The translations under genes were made by a program, and so were the position numbers. From Octopus vulgaris (lineage: Eukaryota): 64,000 nucleotides of DNA. Positions within the stretch are counted from its first letter, which is position 1. Every line of letters starts with the position of its first letter. This document shows, piece by piece, positions 12,707-25,934 of this stretch. The stretch is from assembly GCA_951406725.2 (NCBI GenBank), contig OX597815.1:131254001-131318000 (forward strand), given 5' to 3'. The notes beneath the pieces are model-generated. The model was not told the DNA's origin. It ran no database searches and saw only the letters and a list, made by a program, of their open reading frames with translations.

Positions 12707-12908
12707 CAGTAGTTTTAGTTTTATTTTTATAGCGTGCTTTCACTTCACTACCGAGCGCAGCTCTGTGTGCCTTGGGTATGTGCTGTGATTTGTTGTGATG
12801 CTCTGATGGTTATTGTATGGAAAGTGTTCTGCGTAGGATGTGTGCAGTGCCTAGTAGTGCAATTTTCTGTATGTTATATGTGTTTGTAAGTCCTGGTGTT
12901 TTTGTTAT
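12705..12908 (-). mobile_element. RLE-type LINE 3' fragment
   Basis: Minus strand reads TPGLTNTYNIQKIALLGTAHILRRTLSIQ*, between two (TTA)n arrays. Confidence 0.85.
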
Positions 12909-12992
<84 letters not shown>

Positions 12993-12999
12993 TTATTAT

Positions 13000-13215
13000 T
13001 AAGGTAGTGAACTCACAGAACCGTTTTCTCTTTGGACAATGTGCTAAACGTCTATACTTCCTGCTTTTTACTTTCTGATCTCCAATTCCCGCCGTAATCA
13101 ACTTTGCCTTTCACTCTTTCAGAGTCGAAATAAGATACCAATGAATTACTTGGGTAGATGTAATCGACAAACCTCCTCCCCTCAAAATTACTGGCCTTAT
13201 GCCAACATTTGAAAG
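13000..13215 (+). mobile_element. SINE family A, diverged
   Basis: CAACTTTGCCTTTCACTCTTTCAGAGTCGAAATAAGATACCA core. Confidence 0.7.
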
Positions 13216-13419
13216 AATCGTTATTATTATTATTCTTAGGCTACTGTCGACCCAACTACTTGCTGTTACTATGTTTAATCGATCCTGAAAAAGTATGAAA
13301 GGCAAGTCTCAGAACGGTGGAGTTTAAAACATTATTATTGCTTCTAACATAGATAAACATCCAAAAGCTCTTAATGAGTGAGCTAAGACTGTTATACCTC
13401 TGGTAGTACATGACTATTA

Positions 13420-13865
13420 TAGGTCCTCGCCGATTTACGACCTATCTGACTTACCCCGATCGACTTTACGACGATTGGCACGCCAGCTCTGGGCAGTAAT
13501 AATAAATAGTCCAGTTGAAATCTATTCTTGGAAATTAACCCGTCTACGGATGATGTCAGCCAACAAACGCTTCCCTTAGGTTTGGTTATCGATCATCTCT
13601 GTGTTGGATGACTATTCTGTCACGGAGATATCAAGGCAACCTCGTATTTGTTTATGAGACGACTGCTTGAGACTACGAATATTTTTACTAATGCCAGTAT
13701 AATAGTATAATACAATATACTGTGTGTGACTTTTACCTGAGAACGTACCTCAAAAATGTAAAAATATAAAGCAAAGCTATGTAGGCCTATAGGCCGACTT
13801 ACGATCAAATCGACTTACGACCAGTCAGTCGGAACCAATTGTAGTCATAAGTCGGCGATGACCTG
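13420..13865. mobile_element. Non-autonomous pogo/Tigger-like MITE
   Basis: TIRs (T)AGGTCCTCGCCGATTTACGAC / GTCATAAGTCGGCGATGACCTG, internal CGACTTACGA repeats, TA at the left flank. Confidence 0.75.
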
Positions 13866-14261
13866 TGCTTTATTTTACAATTCCCTGAGAACAAAAGTAA
13901 AACTGACCTTGGCGGAATTTGAATTCAAAATGCAAAGAACTGGAACATAAACTGTAAGGTACTTTGTTTTACGTTGCATCGATCTTGCATGGAGTACAAT
14001 CGCTCAAAATCATGCAATAAGACTAGAGGTCCGTGACTAGTACCGTCTATGTTTATCATCAAAGTGTAAACTGTGATCACACTTACAGAAATTCTGTTAG
14101 TAATATATTGTACCCATCCATCAATTTATAGAACTACCATATCAGTCCCTCTTGATATGCAACTATCTAATGTATATTGGAATGTGTGAGTAAATATTTA
14201 GCCATATAGGAAAAACAGAACTAAACTGACACTTCGTCGATTGTGATGATATATGTTACAG

Positions 14262-14556
14262 TTGATGTAATCGACAGAACAACCGGCTCGTGAAGTTAAC
14301 GTGAAAGCGGCTGAGCACTTTACAGACACACGTACACTTGATGTAATTCTCAGGGAGATTCTGCGTGGCACAGAATGTGACAAAGCTGGTCGTTTGCATT
14401 AGAATTACAACTCATTTTTGCCAGCTGAGTGGACTGGAGCAACGTATAATAAAGTGTCTTGCTTAAGGACAGAATGTGACGCTGGGGATCGAACCCACAA
14501 CTTTCAAATCATGACCCGAATACCATACTCCCTACCACTAAGTCACACGCATTCAC
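14262..14556 (-). mobile_element. tRNA-derived CORE-type SINE (family C)
   Basis: Minus-strand GTTCGATCCC B box and TTAAGCAAGACACTTTA...GTTGCTCCAGTCCACTCAGCTG core. Related to 19339 and 47648. Confidence 0.8.
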
Positions 14557-15084
14557 AGGAAAAAATATAGCATTAAGGAGCTATATGATTAATTATAAGA
14601 TAAGATAGCGGAAATTTTAATATTTCGAAATCGATACTGAAAATGAGCAATGAATATACACATTGCATAAATGCCTACGGACTCTGTAACGCCTAGAAAT
14701 ATTTCATCAACATACCATCAGTCACCTTACAAAAGAAGATCGGCTAAGTGTACTAAGTATCACCACATAAAGAAGTACAACTGAACTAATTTATTATAGG
14801 ATTACGGTAACTTTATTATACACATACACAGGTAAAGACACACATACACACACGCACACAAAATACACATGCACTCACAGAAATTTCCTATTCATTAAGC
14901 GCCTTCAGTGTGGAATATCTTCTTTGCAGTTCATGGGAAGCTGCACTAGGAAGCACATATGTATTTAGTACCTCCTCTGACTCACAGAAACGAAAATACA
15001 CATGTATACAAACATATATGCATTTATATATATATATATACATATATATATATACATATATATATATATACATATTATATATAT

Positions 15085-15136
<52 letters not shown>

Positions 15137-15762
15137 ATGTATATGTATGTATGTATATAATATGTACGTATGTATAAATATACGCATGCATACACTCACA
15201 TATGTGTGTGTATGTGTGCTTAAATATACAGGTGTATATGATACGCACGCATATTTAATTTATCACTCGTTTTAAGTTTAGAATAGAGTTCTTTGTCAAC
15301 ACTTCACTGATCTGAATGACAGAACATTTCAACTACAAAATGAAACCACGCTTCAGTAATTAATGTAATTCACTCCTAATGATTCAGAACGTAACTTATT
15401 GCTTCATATTCATCATATTAAAATAAAAAATCTATATTAAAATAAAAAATCTATATTAAATAGAATTAATCCAGCAACATCTTTAACTACATTTATAATA
15501 GCATAGCACAATTATCTTTATTCATTCATACATTAAAAGTTCATTTGCATGTCTTACAGTGTATTTATATATGTAAATCAGTATTTTCTGAAAAGTACTT
15601 CGAGGAACATTGGTGCGATGTTAGTTTTATGTGCGACTCAGATTTTTAAAAATCATAACTTAAGGCTTAAGAAAAAAATCCATATTAATGTTTGAACGTT
15701 TTGAAAACTGCGTTACTCATAATTTTCCATACACGTGGTTAATGAGCCAAGATAAGAAATAG

Positions 15763-15840
<78 letters not shown>

Positions 15841-15872
15841 TGTGTGTCTGTGTGTCTGTGTGTATATGTATA

Positions 15873-16079
15873 TATATATAAAATTAACAGAATGCGATAA
15901 AAATCCAAGGCTATGAAAGATTTCAGAACATTTATAAAGAGGCCTTACAGCTGTTTCCGGGATATTTTATATATCCCTTCATCAGAGGTGGTTAAGCAAT
16001 AGTTATTATAGATATGGCATACAGAGTGCTTTCACAGCCTTGGATTTTTTAATCTCATTCTCTTAATTTTTATATATAT
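15873..16079. mobile_element. TA-flanked ~200-bp element with terminal inverted arms and a central hammerhead
   Basis: Arms 15873-15919 and 16029-16079. Confidence 0.8.
15943..15988 (-). ncRNA. Minimal type I hammerhead ribozyme, intact core
   Basis: Minus strand reads cct CTGATGA a gggatat ataaa atatccc g GAAA cagctg TA agg. Confidence 0.9.
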
Positions 16080-16218
16080 GCATGCTAATATACAACCTAC
16101 AGTGAAGTCCTCATTCGTATCATTACCGAACCTGGAGCTTAACTATAGTGTGTCCATAGCACTTACTCTGCAATACCTGACACCTTTGGGCCTTCTTGAC
16201 ACTATTACCTCTCATAAT

Positions 16219-16261
<43 letters not shown>

Positions 16262-16265
<4 letters not shown>

Positions 16266-16445
16266 ACAATATAGGGTGAAATTAATTAATTTGGAATAAT
16301 TATTAATTACACCAAGTAGATTTCGGCATGTAAAAGCCTCATTCGAGGAAAATTTAAGTAATACTAAGCAATAACTCTTTGACTGCTATTTCTAAATTCG
16401 GTGTGTGGTGAGGCAATTCGTTGCTAAACCCTTATTTGCTTAGTA
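16262..16445. mobile_element. TA-flanked element homologous to 2428-2729
   Basis: Shares TAGGGTRAAATTAATTAATT...CCAAG...ATGTAAAAG and CTGCTATTTCTAAA..TTCGGTGTGTGGT segments. Confidence 0.7.
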
Positions 16446-16720
16446 TATATATATATATGTATATACACACACATATAGCTATATGTATGTATGTGTGAAT
16501 GTATGTATCTATGCATACATATGCACGCATGCACCTTTTCTACACATTTACGCACATGTTTATTTCCGAAATTTTAAACTCCACTTGATAGTCATAGTTC
16601 TAAATGTTCCAGGAAAAGTTAACTATGTTTTTATATCACCTTCTGTATGACTCGAAGGGAAGAATTTTGGCAATGACTGACCTAGATAGATGCGTGATAG
16701 TTATATGCTTCCGCTAACTG

Positions 16721-16854
<134 letters not shown>

Positions 16855-16885
16855 ACACACACATACAAACATATATACACGAACT

Positions 16886-17099
16886 GAGGGTGTCCATAAA
16901 TTAGCTTTGCATTTGAAAAATTCAGAAAAAAAAGGAATAACGCACCAGAATTTATTGGTAAACACAAGTAAACAAATAATTTTTTTTATTAGAAACACCA
17001 GAACACTTCCACGTTGGCTCCATTGGCTGCTTGCGACCTACTCAATTTCAGATTTTTTCTCAGTGTTTCAACTTGTAAAGCTAATTTACGTACCTGCTG
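16886..17099. mobile_element. Tc1/mariner-type MITE remnant
   Basis: Imperfect TIRs GAGGGTGTCCATAAATTAGCTTTGC / GTAAAGCTAATTTACGTACCTGCTG followed by TA. Confidence 0.55.
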
Positions 17100-17115
17100 T
17101 ATATGTATGTGTGTT

Positions 17116-17166
<51 letters not shown>

Positions 17167-17315
17167 AGTCCACTGTTAACCAACTGTAATTTTGAAATAA
17201 ACTTTTATTCATCTCGCCCTCTTATACAGCTATTTCGATTCAAATCAAATTGTAGATTTTTGTAAGGAAGTTAGTTCTCTATCTTCTATCTTCTATCTTC
17301 CTGTTTCTCGCTTTC

Positions 17316-17359
<44 letters not shown>

Positions 17360-17934
17360 TACACAAATGTGTGTATACAGAGACAGAGAATGAGAAGAAG
17401 AGAGAGAGGCAGGGACAGAGGCAGAGAGAGGGGCAGAACCAGGGAGATAGAGCACGGGAGACAGCTTACTATATAGGCCTGATTTTAAAGGTTTACAGAT
17501 AATATTGTTGATTGAACTTGGTTCATGCGTTTAAAATTTGCCGCACGGAAGTATACATACGCGCGTGCACACACACATCATATTTGTGTGACTGAAAAGG
17601 TATCAGTCACTGAGGATGCGTACTCACGCTGAAACCTGCATGTCATAGCGATAGCCTTTCAGGCTCTAGTGCACAGGAGCACGTTACATATATGTATACA
17701 GTTTGATATTTTGAACGCCGCTTATCTTAAACGAATGATAGTTTAACAATGCCGTAGCAAAGGCATCAGAATATATATATTTTGCTGTTCAGAGAGAGAA
17801 ATAGAATTTCCGACTAGGATATAAGTGGCCGAAACGGTGTCTGTTGCTGAGGCATTGAAATCATATCAAAATACGTGTCTGGCAATCTCCATAGACAAGC
17901 AATTTGTATATGACCTCCAAATACCCGATTTGTA

Positions 17935-18070
17935 TTTTATATTATCAATCTTGAAAGGATGAAAGGTGAAGTTGACCTTGGTGAAATTCGAACTCAGAAC
18001 GTAACGAGCCGGGACAAATACTGCAAAGCTCGTTGTTCGAAGTTGTAGCGATTCTTCCCATCACCAAACT
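17935..18070 (-). mobile_element. SINE family A fragment
   Basis: GAAAGGATGAAAGGTGAAGTTGACCTTGG...GAACTCAGAACGTAA. Confidence 0.75.
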
Positions 18071-18469
18071 TTCGAAAACAGTTCTATACAAGAGTATCGT
18101 TAGTTATCTCAATTTATGCTCTTCTCATCCATTCAAAATTAACACATCATTCGTTCAAAGGTAACACACTTGTTTCAGTATAGATTGCTTCCCGTGCATT
18201 GGTATATTTTAGATTAGACATGAAAAATCCTGTAACTTAGAAACGCCATATACAATTTGCGATGCCTATGCGTTTCTCAAGAGCATTAGTGATTTATACA
18301 TAGGGAAACGGCTTCAATTCAGGACTGAAACTGAATTACAATCTCATTTGTTTTAGGAACCAAATTCATGCTTTATAGCACTCGTCACAATACTCTAAAT
18401 ATAGGAGTAACATCCTGTCATACAATGAAGCCAAAACGTGCGTTAGAAACGTTCATCTTTATCTAACAT

Positions 18470-18745
18470 AATAGGCAACAGAATAGAACCTTTTAGCCGA
18501 GCCACTAAATTGCTGGAACGTAAACAAACCAATCGGTTGTCAATCGGTGTAGGGGAACAGATAGAAAGAAAGTCTTTCTCTCTCTCTCTCACACACACAC
18601 ACAAACAAACAAATAAACAAACAAATATATAAACGCACACACACGCATACGACCGCCTTCTTTCAAGTTTCCGTCTTCTAAATCCACTCACAAGGCTTTA
18701 TTCAGCCCCAGGGCTATATTAGAAGACACTTGCTCAATGTGCCAC
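18470..18745 (-). mobile_element. SINE family B
   Basis: AAATCCACTCACAAGGCTTT...AGAAGACACTTGCTCAA. Confidence 0.75.
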
Positions 18746-19281
18746 ACACAAAGGCACACATAAGGATGATCTATAGTGAGTATTAAGTTGGGTTAAGCGT
18801 AAAAAATTAGCGTTTGATCATATAATAATATAAATAATATATAAATATATGCATATATACATACATATATGTACATACCTACATATACATGTATACATAC
18901 ATGCGTAGAAACGAACTTATTTTTTGGAACAACGAAAAAAATAGAGAAACGAGACATGCAACTTCTCTAGCTATCACTCCTCTCATTTCTCATTTCTATT
19001 TCCTTCTCTCACATTCACCCACACTGTGTCTTGTGATTCATATTCTCACAATCATAGTTATATCTCTCCTCCTTTATAATATCCCTTTCACCCCTCTCTC
19101 ATTCTTGCATTCTTCCTGTTTCCCCCCGCCCCCCAAAAACTTCGTTTCTATGTTTTTGTTTTTATGTTTTCATTTCTCATTGCGTTCAAAGTTTTTTTGA
19201 TGTCCTGTACCCATATATGCATGTATATATTATTTATATTATATATATACATACATCCATACATCCATCCATACATACATC

Positions 19282-19337
<56 letters not shown>

Positions 19338-19338
19338 A

Positions 19339-19669
19339 AGACCCCCTTCGGTCATGAATGACCATGGGATTGCACCTAGAAAGTTACCCTCCTAGACACA
19401 AGTCCGGGCAAGGTTGTTTTATGGAAGACCAGCAGTCGCCCATGCATACCAGCCTCCCCTCTCCACGCCACCAGTGTTATCCAAGGGAAAGACAAATGTC
19501 GATACAGCTTGGCACCAGTGACGTCGCAACTCATTTCTACAGCTGAGTGAACTGGAGCAACGTGAAATAAAGTGCCTTGCTCAAGAACACAACACGCAGC
19601 CCGGTCCGGGATTCGAGCTCACAACCTCACGATCGTAAGCTCGACGCTCTAAGCACTGAGCCATGCGCC
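19339..19669 (-). mobile_element. Well-preserved tRNA-derived CORE-type SINE (family C)
   Basis: Minus strand starts GGCGCATGGCTCAGTGCTTAGAGCG...GAGCTCGAATCCC, followed by the core TTGAGCAAGGCACTTTATTTCACGTTGCTCCAGTTCACTCAGCTGTAGAAATGAG. Confidence 0.88.
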
Positions 19670-20304
19670 ACAAGTATACACACTTCTGCTTGTAAAAGTT
19701 AAAGAAATTTTCAAGATTATCCTTTTCTTGCAGCTGTTGATTTGAATTCTCTTAACGAGATCGAAATATTTTTACGCCGTATTTTACATTGATTAATAAT
19801 ATATTTGATATTTATTTCTATGCTGGCTCATACATAATTTGCTCGCGGTATTTCAATCATCACTTCCAAGCACATACTAACGGTGTTTGCTTTCGTTTCA
19901 GCAATCATGATGACTCCGATTCCCAGTTGCCTTCTAATGTCCTTGAAAGAGCGTATCCCCTAAAGCATAGTCTTCGGATGTACAGTAATAATGGCTTTCT
20001 ATTTGATGCAATCAACAGCAACCAAATGAAAACTGGAAATTTAACATGGCTTTAAAACGAGAAACAGGACAACTTCGGAAGAATATTTTATTTACAGTAA
20101 GAGTGTAAAATATTTAGACTTTCTTGAAAGTAATGTCGAGATTAAAACATCATACTTAGTGAAAGTGGAAGAGAGAGCAGGAGAGAGAGAGAGAGAGAGA
20201 GGAAGAGAGAGAGAGAAAGAGATAGGGAGAAGACAGTGTAAAAAAAGAAAGGTAGATGGATTCATTGATATATATACATATATATATATACATATAAATG
20301 GAAG

Positions 20305-20338
<34 letters not shown>

Positions 20339-20517
20339 TAAAGCGATAGACAGATGGATAGATAGATAGATAAATAGATAGAGAGAAATAGAGAGAGAGA
20401 GAGAGAGTGAGAACATTCCTAATAATTAAAGGATTGTAATTTTGGAATATTTTAATCTCATCTTAGTGGAAGCTCAGGACAGCTTCTCTGTTATCTATTG
20501 CAACCGATATCTATCAA

Positions 20518-20588
<71 letters not shown>

Positions 20589-20612
20589 TTGTCTGCATGT
20601 CTATATGTCATC

Positions 20613-20693
<81 letters not shown>

Positions 20694-20865
20694 ATAAAAG
20701 TGTATGGCCTATTGGTTAAGATCGCAGGTTCAGCTCGTGGGCCGAGACGCGTGTTGCTCCAGGCCATGCGAATGAAAAGAGATTATCTTCTGAAAACTGT
20801 TTAACTCGTTCTTACTAAACGAAGTCCCTTACTATGTTTTTTCTTCACTGAGGCAGACATTCCCT

Positions 20866-21151
20866 TATCTTTTATCTTTTACTTGCTTCAATCATTAGAC
20901 TGCGGCCATGCTGGGGCACTGCTGTGAAGAATTTTAGTCGAATGAATCGACCCTAGTACTTATTTTTGAAGTCTGGTACTTATTCTATTGGTCATTTTAA
21001 CCGAGCCGCTAAATTACAAGGACGTAAATACACCAAATACGGTTGTCACGCGGTGGTGAGGGACGAACACAGACACAAAGACACACACTCACTCACACAC
21101 ACACACACTCACACACACACACTCACACACACACACACTCACACACACACA

Positions 21152-21232
<81 letters not shown>

Positions 21233-21345
21233 GACAGTCGTCTTTCAGTTTCAGACAATTATCCAATGTGCCGCGAAGTGGGACTAATCTCGGAACCATT
21301 TGGGTAGGAAGTAAACTGCTTACTACACAGCCACGTCTGTACCTT
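20866..21345 (-). mobile_element. SINE family B with long internal (CA)n
   Basis: Family B tail and head flank the CA array. Confidence 0.8.
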
Positions 21346-21779
21346 GCTACTTTCACCATTTTCACTGCCAAAGACACACTTAAGATCTACATTGTTCTAA
21401 CGAAAACCTATAACCAACGAAGACATAATTGTTCACTATTGTGATATATAATCAATGCATAATTTCTGTATGCTTGACGGTCATTAACGTGAAAATCATT
21501 ATTCTTATGTTGGTTATTAAAGAAACTTTGATGCATCGCCTCTATTATGTATTTCCGTATAATGATGTCTCGTTTGTATAGCTAATATCATTGTATCAAA
21601 ATAACACAGTGAATTATTAATTAACTGCTCTTTAAATGACTTTTACAGCAGTATTGTTGAGCTTAGTACTGCTTACATAGAATATTGTTTTTGATTCACT
21701 TAGATACAACCTCTTTATTATTATGTAAAACACAGTGTTTAGTTTATCAAAACAGCTTCCTGTTATTTTTTACATGAAT

Positions 21780-21975
21780 AAGGCGGTGAGCTAGCACACT
21801 AGTTAGCGTACCGGGCAAAATACTCGTTCAAATCCTGCGTTCAAATTCTGCCGAGGTCGATTCTACATTTTGCCCTTTCGGAGTCGATAAAATAAGTACC
21901 AGTTAAGCACTGGGGTCGATGTAATCGACTAGCAACCACCCCGAAAATTGCTGGCGTTGTGCTAAATTTTGAAAC
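21780..21975 (+). mobile_element. SINE family A
   Basis: AAGGCGGTGAGCTAGCA head and family A core. Confidence 0.8.
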
Positions 21976-22244
21976 GATTATATATTACACGAAATATCAT
22001 GTTCTGGGCGTGCCACCTGCATCTTATTAATCTAAACGATTAATTAGTCTATGTTTTTGATTCACTTACAAAATGAACGTCTTGAAACAACAAAAATGTT
22101 ATAAATTCATTTGGAAAGAACAAACTCGATGTCATGTAAAACGTAGTGTCTAGTTTATCGAAGCAACTTCCTCTTATATATTACATGTAAAAAAAAAACT
22201 CTTCCTACGGATGCCTTCTGCATATCATAATTATTAATTATTAG

Positions 22245-22430
22245 TTTCGAATTTTGACACAAAACTAGCAAGTTTGGAGGAAGGGTTAAGTTGAATACAT
22301 CCACCTCAGTGCTCAGCTGCGAAATAATGAAAAGCAAAATTTGATCTCGGTGGAATATGATCGCAGAACGAAAAGTCGGGCGAAATACCGCCAACCATTT
22401 TGCCCGAGCTAACGATTCTGCCTACGCGCC
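22245..22430 (-). mobile_element. SINE family A, diverged
   Basis: CGAAATACCGCCAACCATTTTGCCCGAGCTAACGATTCTGCC. Confidence 0.65.
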
Positions 22431-22904
22431 TCCATATAATTTCAAATAATTAATTAGCGAATGTTTTCCACTAAAAGCCTTTATACTTGCCTGGCTATGG
22501 TATTTTAGGAACTTATGCTCCTAACAAAGCTGAAATGTAGAAGGCAGACATTTTCCAAATGCAAGAATAAAAAAAACGACAATAAGAATTTTCAAATATG
22601 GCCGTAACTCATTTTAATCTTTACATTGCACGCAAATTACAGTATTTGTATTGAGAGAGATAAAGGCAGTTTCTGTGCGTTCGTGTTCATATACGTAAGA
22701 AGTGGTTGTTTCACCGTTACATCTCTTGGAATCGCAACAGGAAGAAAATGTATAATCGCTTTGGTTGCGTCGTCCAAATGCTATAGATTTAATTCTCCCA
22801 CAATGCAACAAGATGTGCGCCATCCAGGGGCCATTGGATGAGACAACTAGTTTCAAGGGAGGTAACTGTCTACAGTAGTATAGACATTTATACTCATCTG
22901 ATTT

Positions 22905-23190
22905 AGGGTGATTGGCCTAGTTGTAAGGGTGTCGGTCTCAGTATCGCGAGATCGTAGTTTCAATCCTTAGACTAGGTCGTGCGTTGCTTTCTTAAGCAAA
23001 ACACTTCTTCTCACGTTGCTTTGCTATTACTTCAACATCTGACGCGTGGTGTACCGTGTACTTATTTAGGCAATGTTCATTTGATGAAGGGAGTGAGCAA
23101 ATTTACAGCACAAACACTTGATCACGGTATACAAAATATTTTGTGCAAGTGCTTCAGCAAAAAATTACAGAAATGTCTTCCTTGACCTAT
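22905..23190 (+). mobile_element. CORE-type SINE (family C-like), diverged
   Basis: tRNA-like head TGGCCTAGTTGTAAG...GTTTCAATCC and TTAAGCAAAACACTT...CACGTTGCT core. Confidence 0.65.
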
Positions 23191-23406
23191 GTGAGACTAC
23201 CATCACAGTTATCTGAAAAGGCCAAATAAAGTACACAGATGTTCTGAGATTTCACACTTCTTACTCAAGATCATGTTCATTAAATTTTTAAGCGAATGGA
23301 CTTTGTAAGTTATTTCCCCTGCCGTTCTTGGTAACAATCATTATTAATGATAACATTAAAGGTGTAATTTTTAATTGATTAGATAGTTTCTGCAGCTCAA
23401 TACACT

Positions 23407-23439
<33 letters not shown>

Positions 23440-23440
<1 letters not shown>

Positions 23441-24605
23441 TAGGTCATCCCATAAGTAATGCGAATTTTTCAATTGCATAAAGTAAAAGTTGGAGGGGCA
23501 CGGTATAAACTACCTGTATCAACTTGTTATAAAATCAGGTAGTAATTTTACTTTGTCCCTATTCTTAGTGCAAGTTTTGAAGAGTGCTGTTTGATTTTAA
23601 CAGTTATTTGTTATTTTTTCAAAGTTATAAAGGAAGTTACAAAGGAGCATATTCGGCATATTTTGTTTTATGAATTCAATAAAGGCAACTACGCAACGGA
23701 AAGTGCGAGGAATATTAAGGTGGTATATGGGGATCGGACAATAAGCGTAAGCCAGTGTCAACGGAGGTTCTAGAAAACTACAGCCTAGAAGATGAGCCTC
23801 GTCCTGGAAGTTCTGGAGAGCTCGATGAGGACCTCCTGCAGACCCTAGTGGAACAAAATTCCATCGTAATTGTTAAGAAACTAGCAGAGAAACTTGGATC
23901 TGGTCATTCAATCATTCATCGACACCTGCGTGCCATCGGAGAAGACAGCAAATTGGATCAATGGTTTCCTCACAAACGTTCCGAGTCTAATCGCGCGCAG
24001 AGAGTGACTGTGTGCTCTTCTTTGCTGCCACGTCTCACGAATGAACCTTTCTTGGACCGAATAATGATGATTGGTGACGAGAAATGGGTTATCTAAAAAT
24101 AAAAAAGGTCAAGCGCTGCGGACAGTGCGTAGGGAAAGGAGAAACACCGGCACCCCAGGCTAAAGATAGTCTCCACCCACGTAAGGTGTTGTTATGTGTT
24201 TTGTGGGATATGAAAAGTTTAGCCCACTTTGAAATTTTAAATCCAAACCAAACGATAACAAAAAAGATCTACAGCAAGCAGCTTGAGTGGCTTAAGTCAG
24301 CGCTAGAAAAAAACGACATCTTTCGTTTGAAGACGAAAGGTATTTTTCCAACAGGATAAAGCTCGGCCACATACAACAAGGATTATATTCCAAAGGCTGT
24401 AGCAGTTTGAATAGGAAATGATGCCTCACCCACCATATACGCCAGACACTGCCCCATCTGATTATCGTTTATTCCACAGTCTTCAAAATCATTTGTATGG
24501 AAAAAAAATGGAAGAGCATTGTAGAAAATGAAGGAGAGTCTATTTTAGATTTTAAAAAGAATTTATCTTAATATAAAAAACCGCATTATTTATGGGATGA
24601 CCCAA
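23440..24605 (+). mobile_element. Degenerate mariner with 3' internal deletion
   Basis: TIRs TTAGGTCATCCCATAAGTAATGCG / CGCATTATTTATGGGATGACCCAA. Motifs EDEPRPG, WFPHK, GDEKW, QDKARPH, HPPYTPDTAPSDY. Confidence 0.92.
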
Positions 24606-24606
24606 A

Positions 24607-24637
<31 letters not shown>

Positions 24638-24671
24638 TGTATGTATGTATGTATGTATGTATGTATGTATG

Positions 24672-25226
24672 TCAGGTCACTTTCGAGTGCTACTGGCAAC
24701 ATGTAACCCAGTACAACTTGTTGCATGGTCGGGTCGTCGGCGACTAAACCGGCAACCTCACCAAGCTTACTTGGTGAGGAGGGTGTTTATTGGACACCCT
24801 GCGGGATGAAAAACAAAACTCGTTAAAGGGCAGAGGAACTCTTGAGAGTCAGCGGCTATCCAATAAATGTCTTAAGGCTGTATTATGCGCGGGGACATAG
24901 AAATAATCGGACTGAATACCCGATCGCGCGGTTAAACCATTGGAAGTGAAGGACTCCTAGCCTTTGTTAGGGCATCCTTCTAGGAGAAGGTAACTCAGGT
25001 AACTGGGATAACTCCGACATAAAACCTGCGGCTCAGTGGTTACCGATGATGTTGACTTGGTCTTCTTTTCGGATTATGGCGGCTGTTGCTTAGTGAGTGG
25101 GATTGACTCTGTGCACAGCCTTTCTTCACTTAAAAAAAAATCTTCTGGCACAGGCATTGCACGATAACAACATTGATTAAGCTTCGTGCAATGGCCATAC
25201 TAGATAACGAGGGGGCAGCCACCATG
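24672..25226 (+). mobile_element. Non-coding RTE-5'UTR-like element in (TATG)n
   Basis: GC-richer block flanked by TATG repeats, with a CTAGGAGAAGGTAACTC...AAACC motif I associate with RTE 5' regions and several hairpins. Confidence 0.55.
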
Positions 25227-25623
25227 CACGTATGTATGTATGTAAGCCACTAGTCACGTGGTCTAGTATTGGTCAGGATGTTGCACTCGCGATAGCGGGA
25301 TGTGTTATTTAGCAAAACATTTACGTTGCTCTCCAAGTGAGAGAGTAGCAGAATCGTTGGTGCGGCGGCAGAAATGCTTTAATGTATATCTTCCGGCTCT
25401 CTACATTTTAAGCTCAAATCCCATCTGCCTGGAGAAGGCAATGGGACAGCATCCAAGTATTCATTCCAAGTCCATCCATGGCTGCCGAAGTTCCAGTAAT
25501 CTACTTTATGGTGGCAGAGGAGGGTACGGGTTTTTCCAGGTCTTATAGATGGGAAGAAGTTTCAGATGCAGAGCACCTGCCCAAGGGCAGACCACCGTTA
25601 GACTAGATATATTAGCTATTATC

Positions 25624-25934
25624 TGTTTCTTTATTACCCACAAGGGGCTAAACATAGAGGGAACAAACAAGGACAGACAAACGGATTAAGTCGATTACAT
25701 CGACCCTAGTGCGTAACTGGTACTTAATTTATCGACCCCGAAAGGATGAAAGGCAAAGTCGACCTCGGTGGAATTTGAACTCAGAACGTAACGGCAGACG
25801 AAATACGGCTACGCATTTCAACCGGCGTGCTAACGTTTCTACCAGCTCGCCGCCTTCATAAACGCAAAGACGGACGAAATGCCTCTAAGCATCTTGGCCG
25901 GTACGCTAACGATTCTGCTATCTCGCCGCCTTTG
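25624..25934 (-). mobile_element. SINE family A with duplicated head and 14-bp TSD
   Basis: TSD TATTAGCTATTATC at 25610-25623 and 25935-25948. Confidence 0.9.

Noticed and set aside
19590-19669. tRNA gene
   Set aside because: The tRNA-like segment continues directly into a SINE core and tail, so it is a SINE head.
25420-25470. CTGGAGAAGGCAATGG motif resembling BovB/RTE sequence
   Set aside because: Too short and diverged to support an element call.
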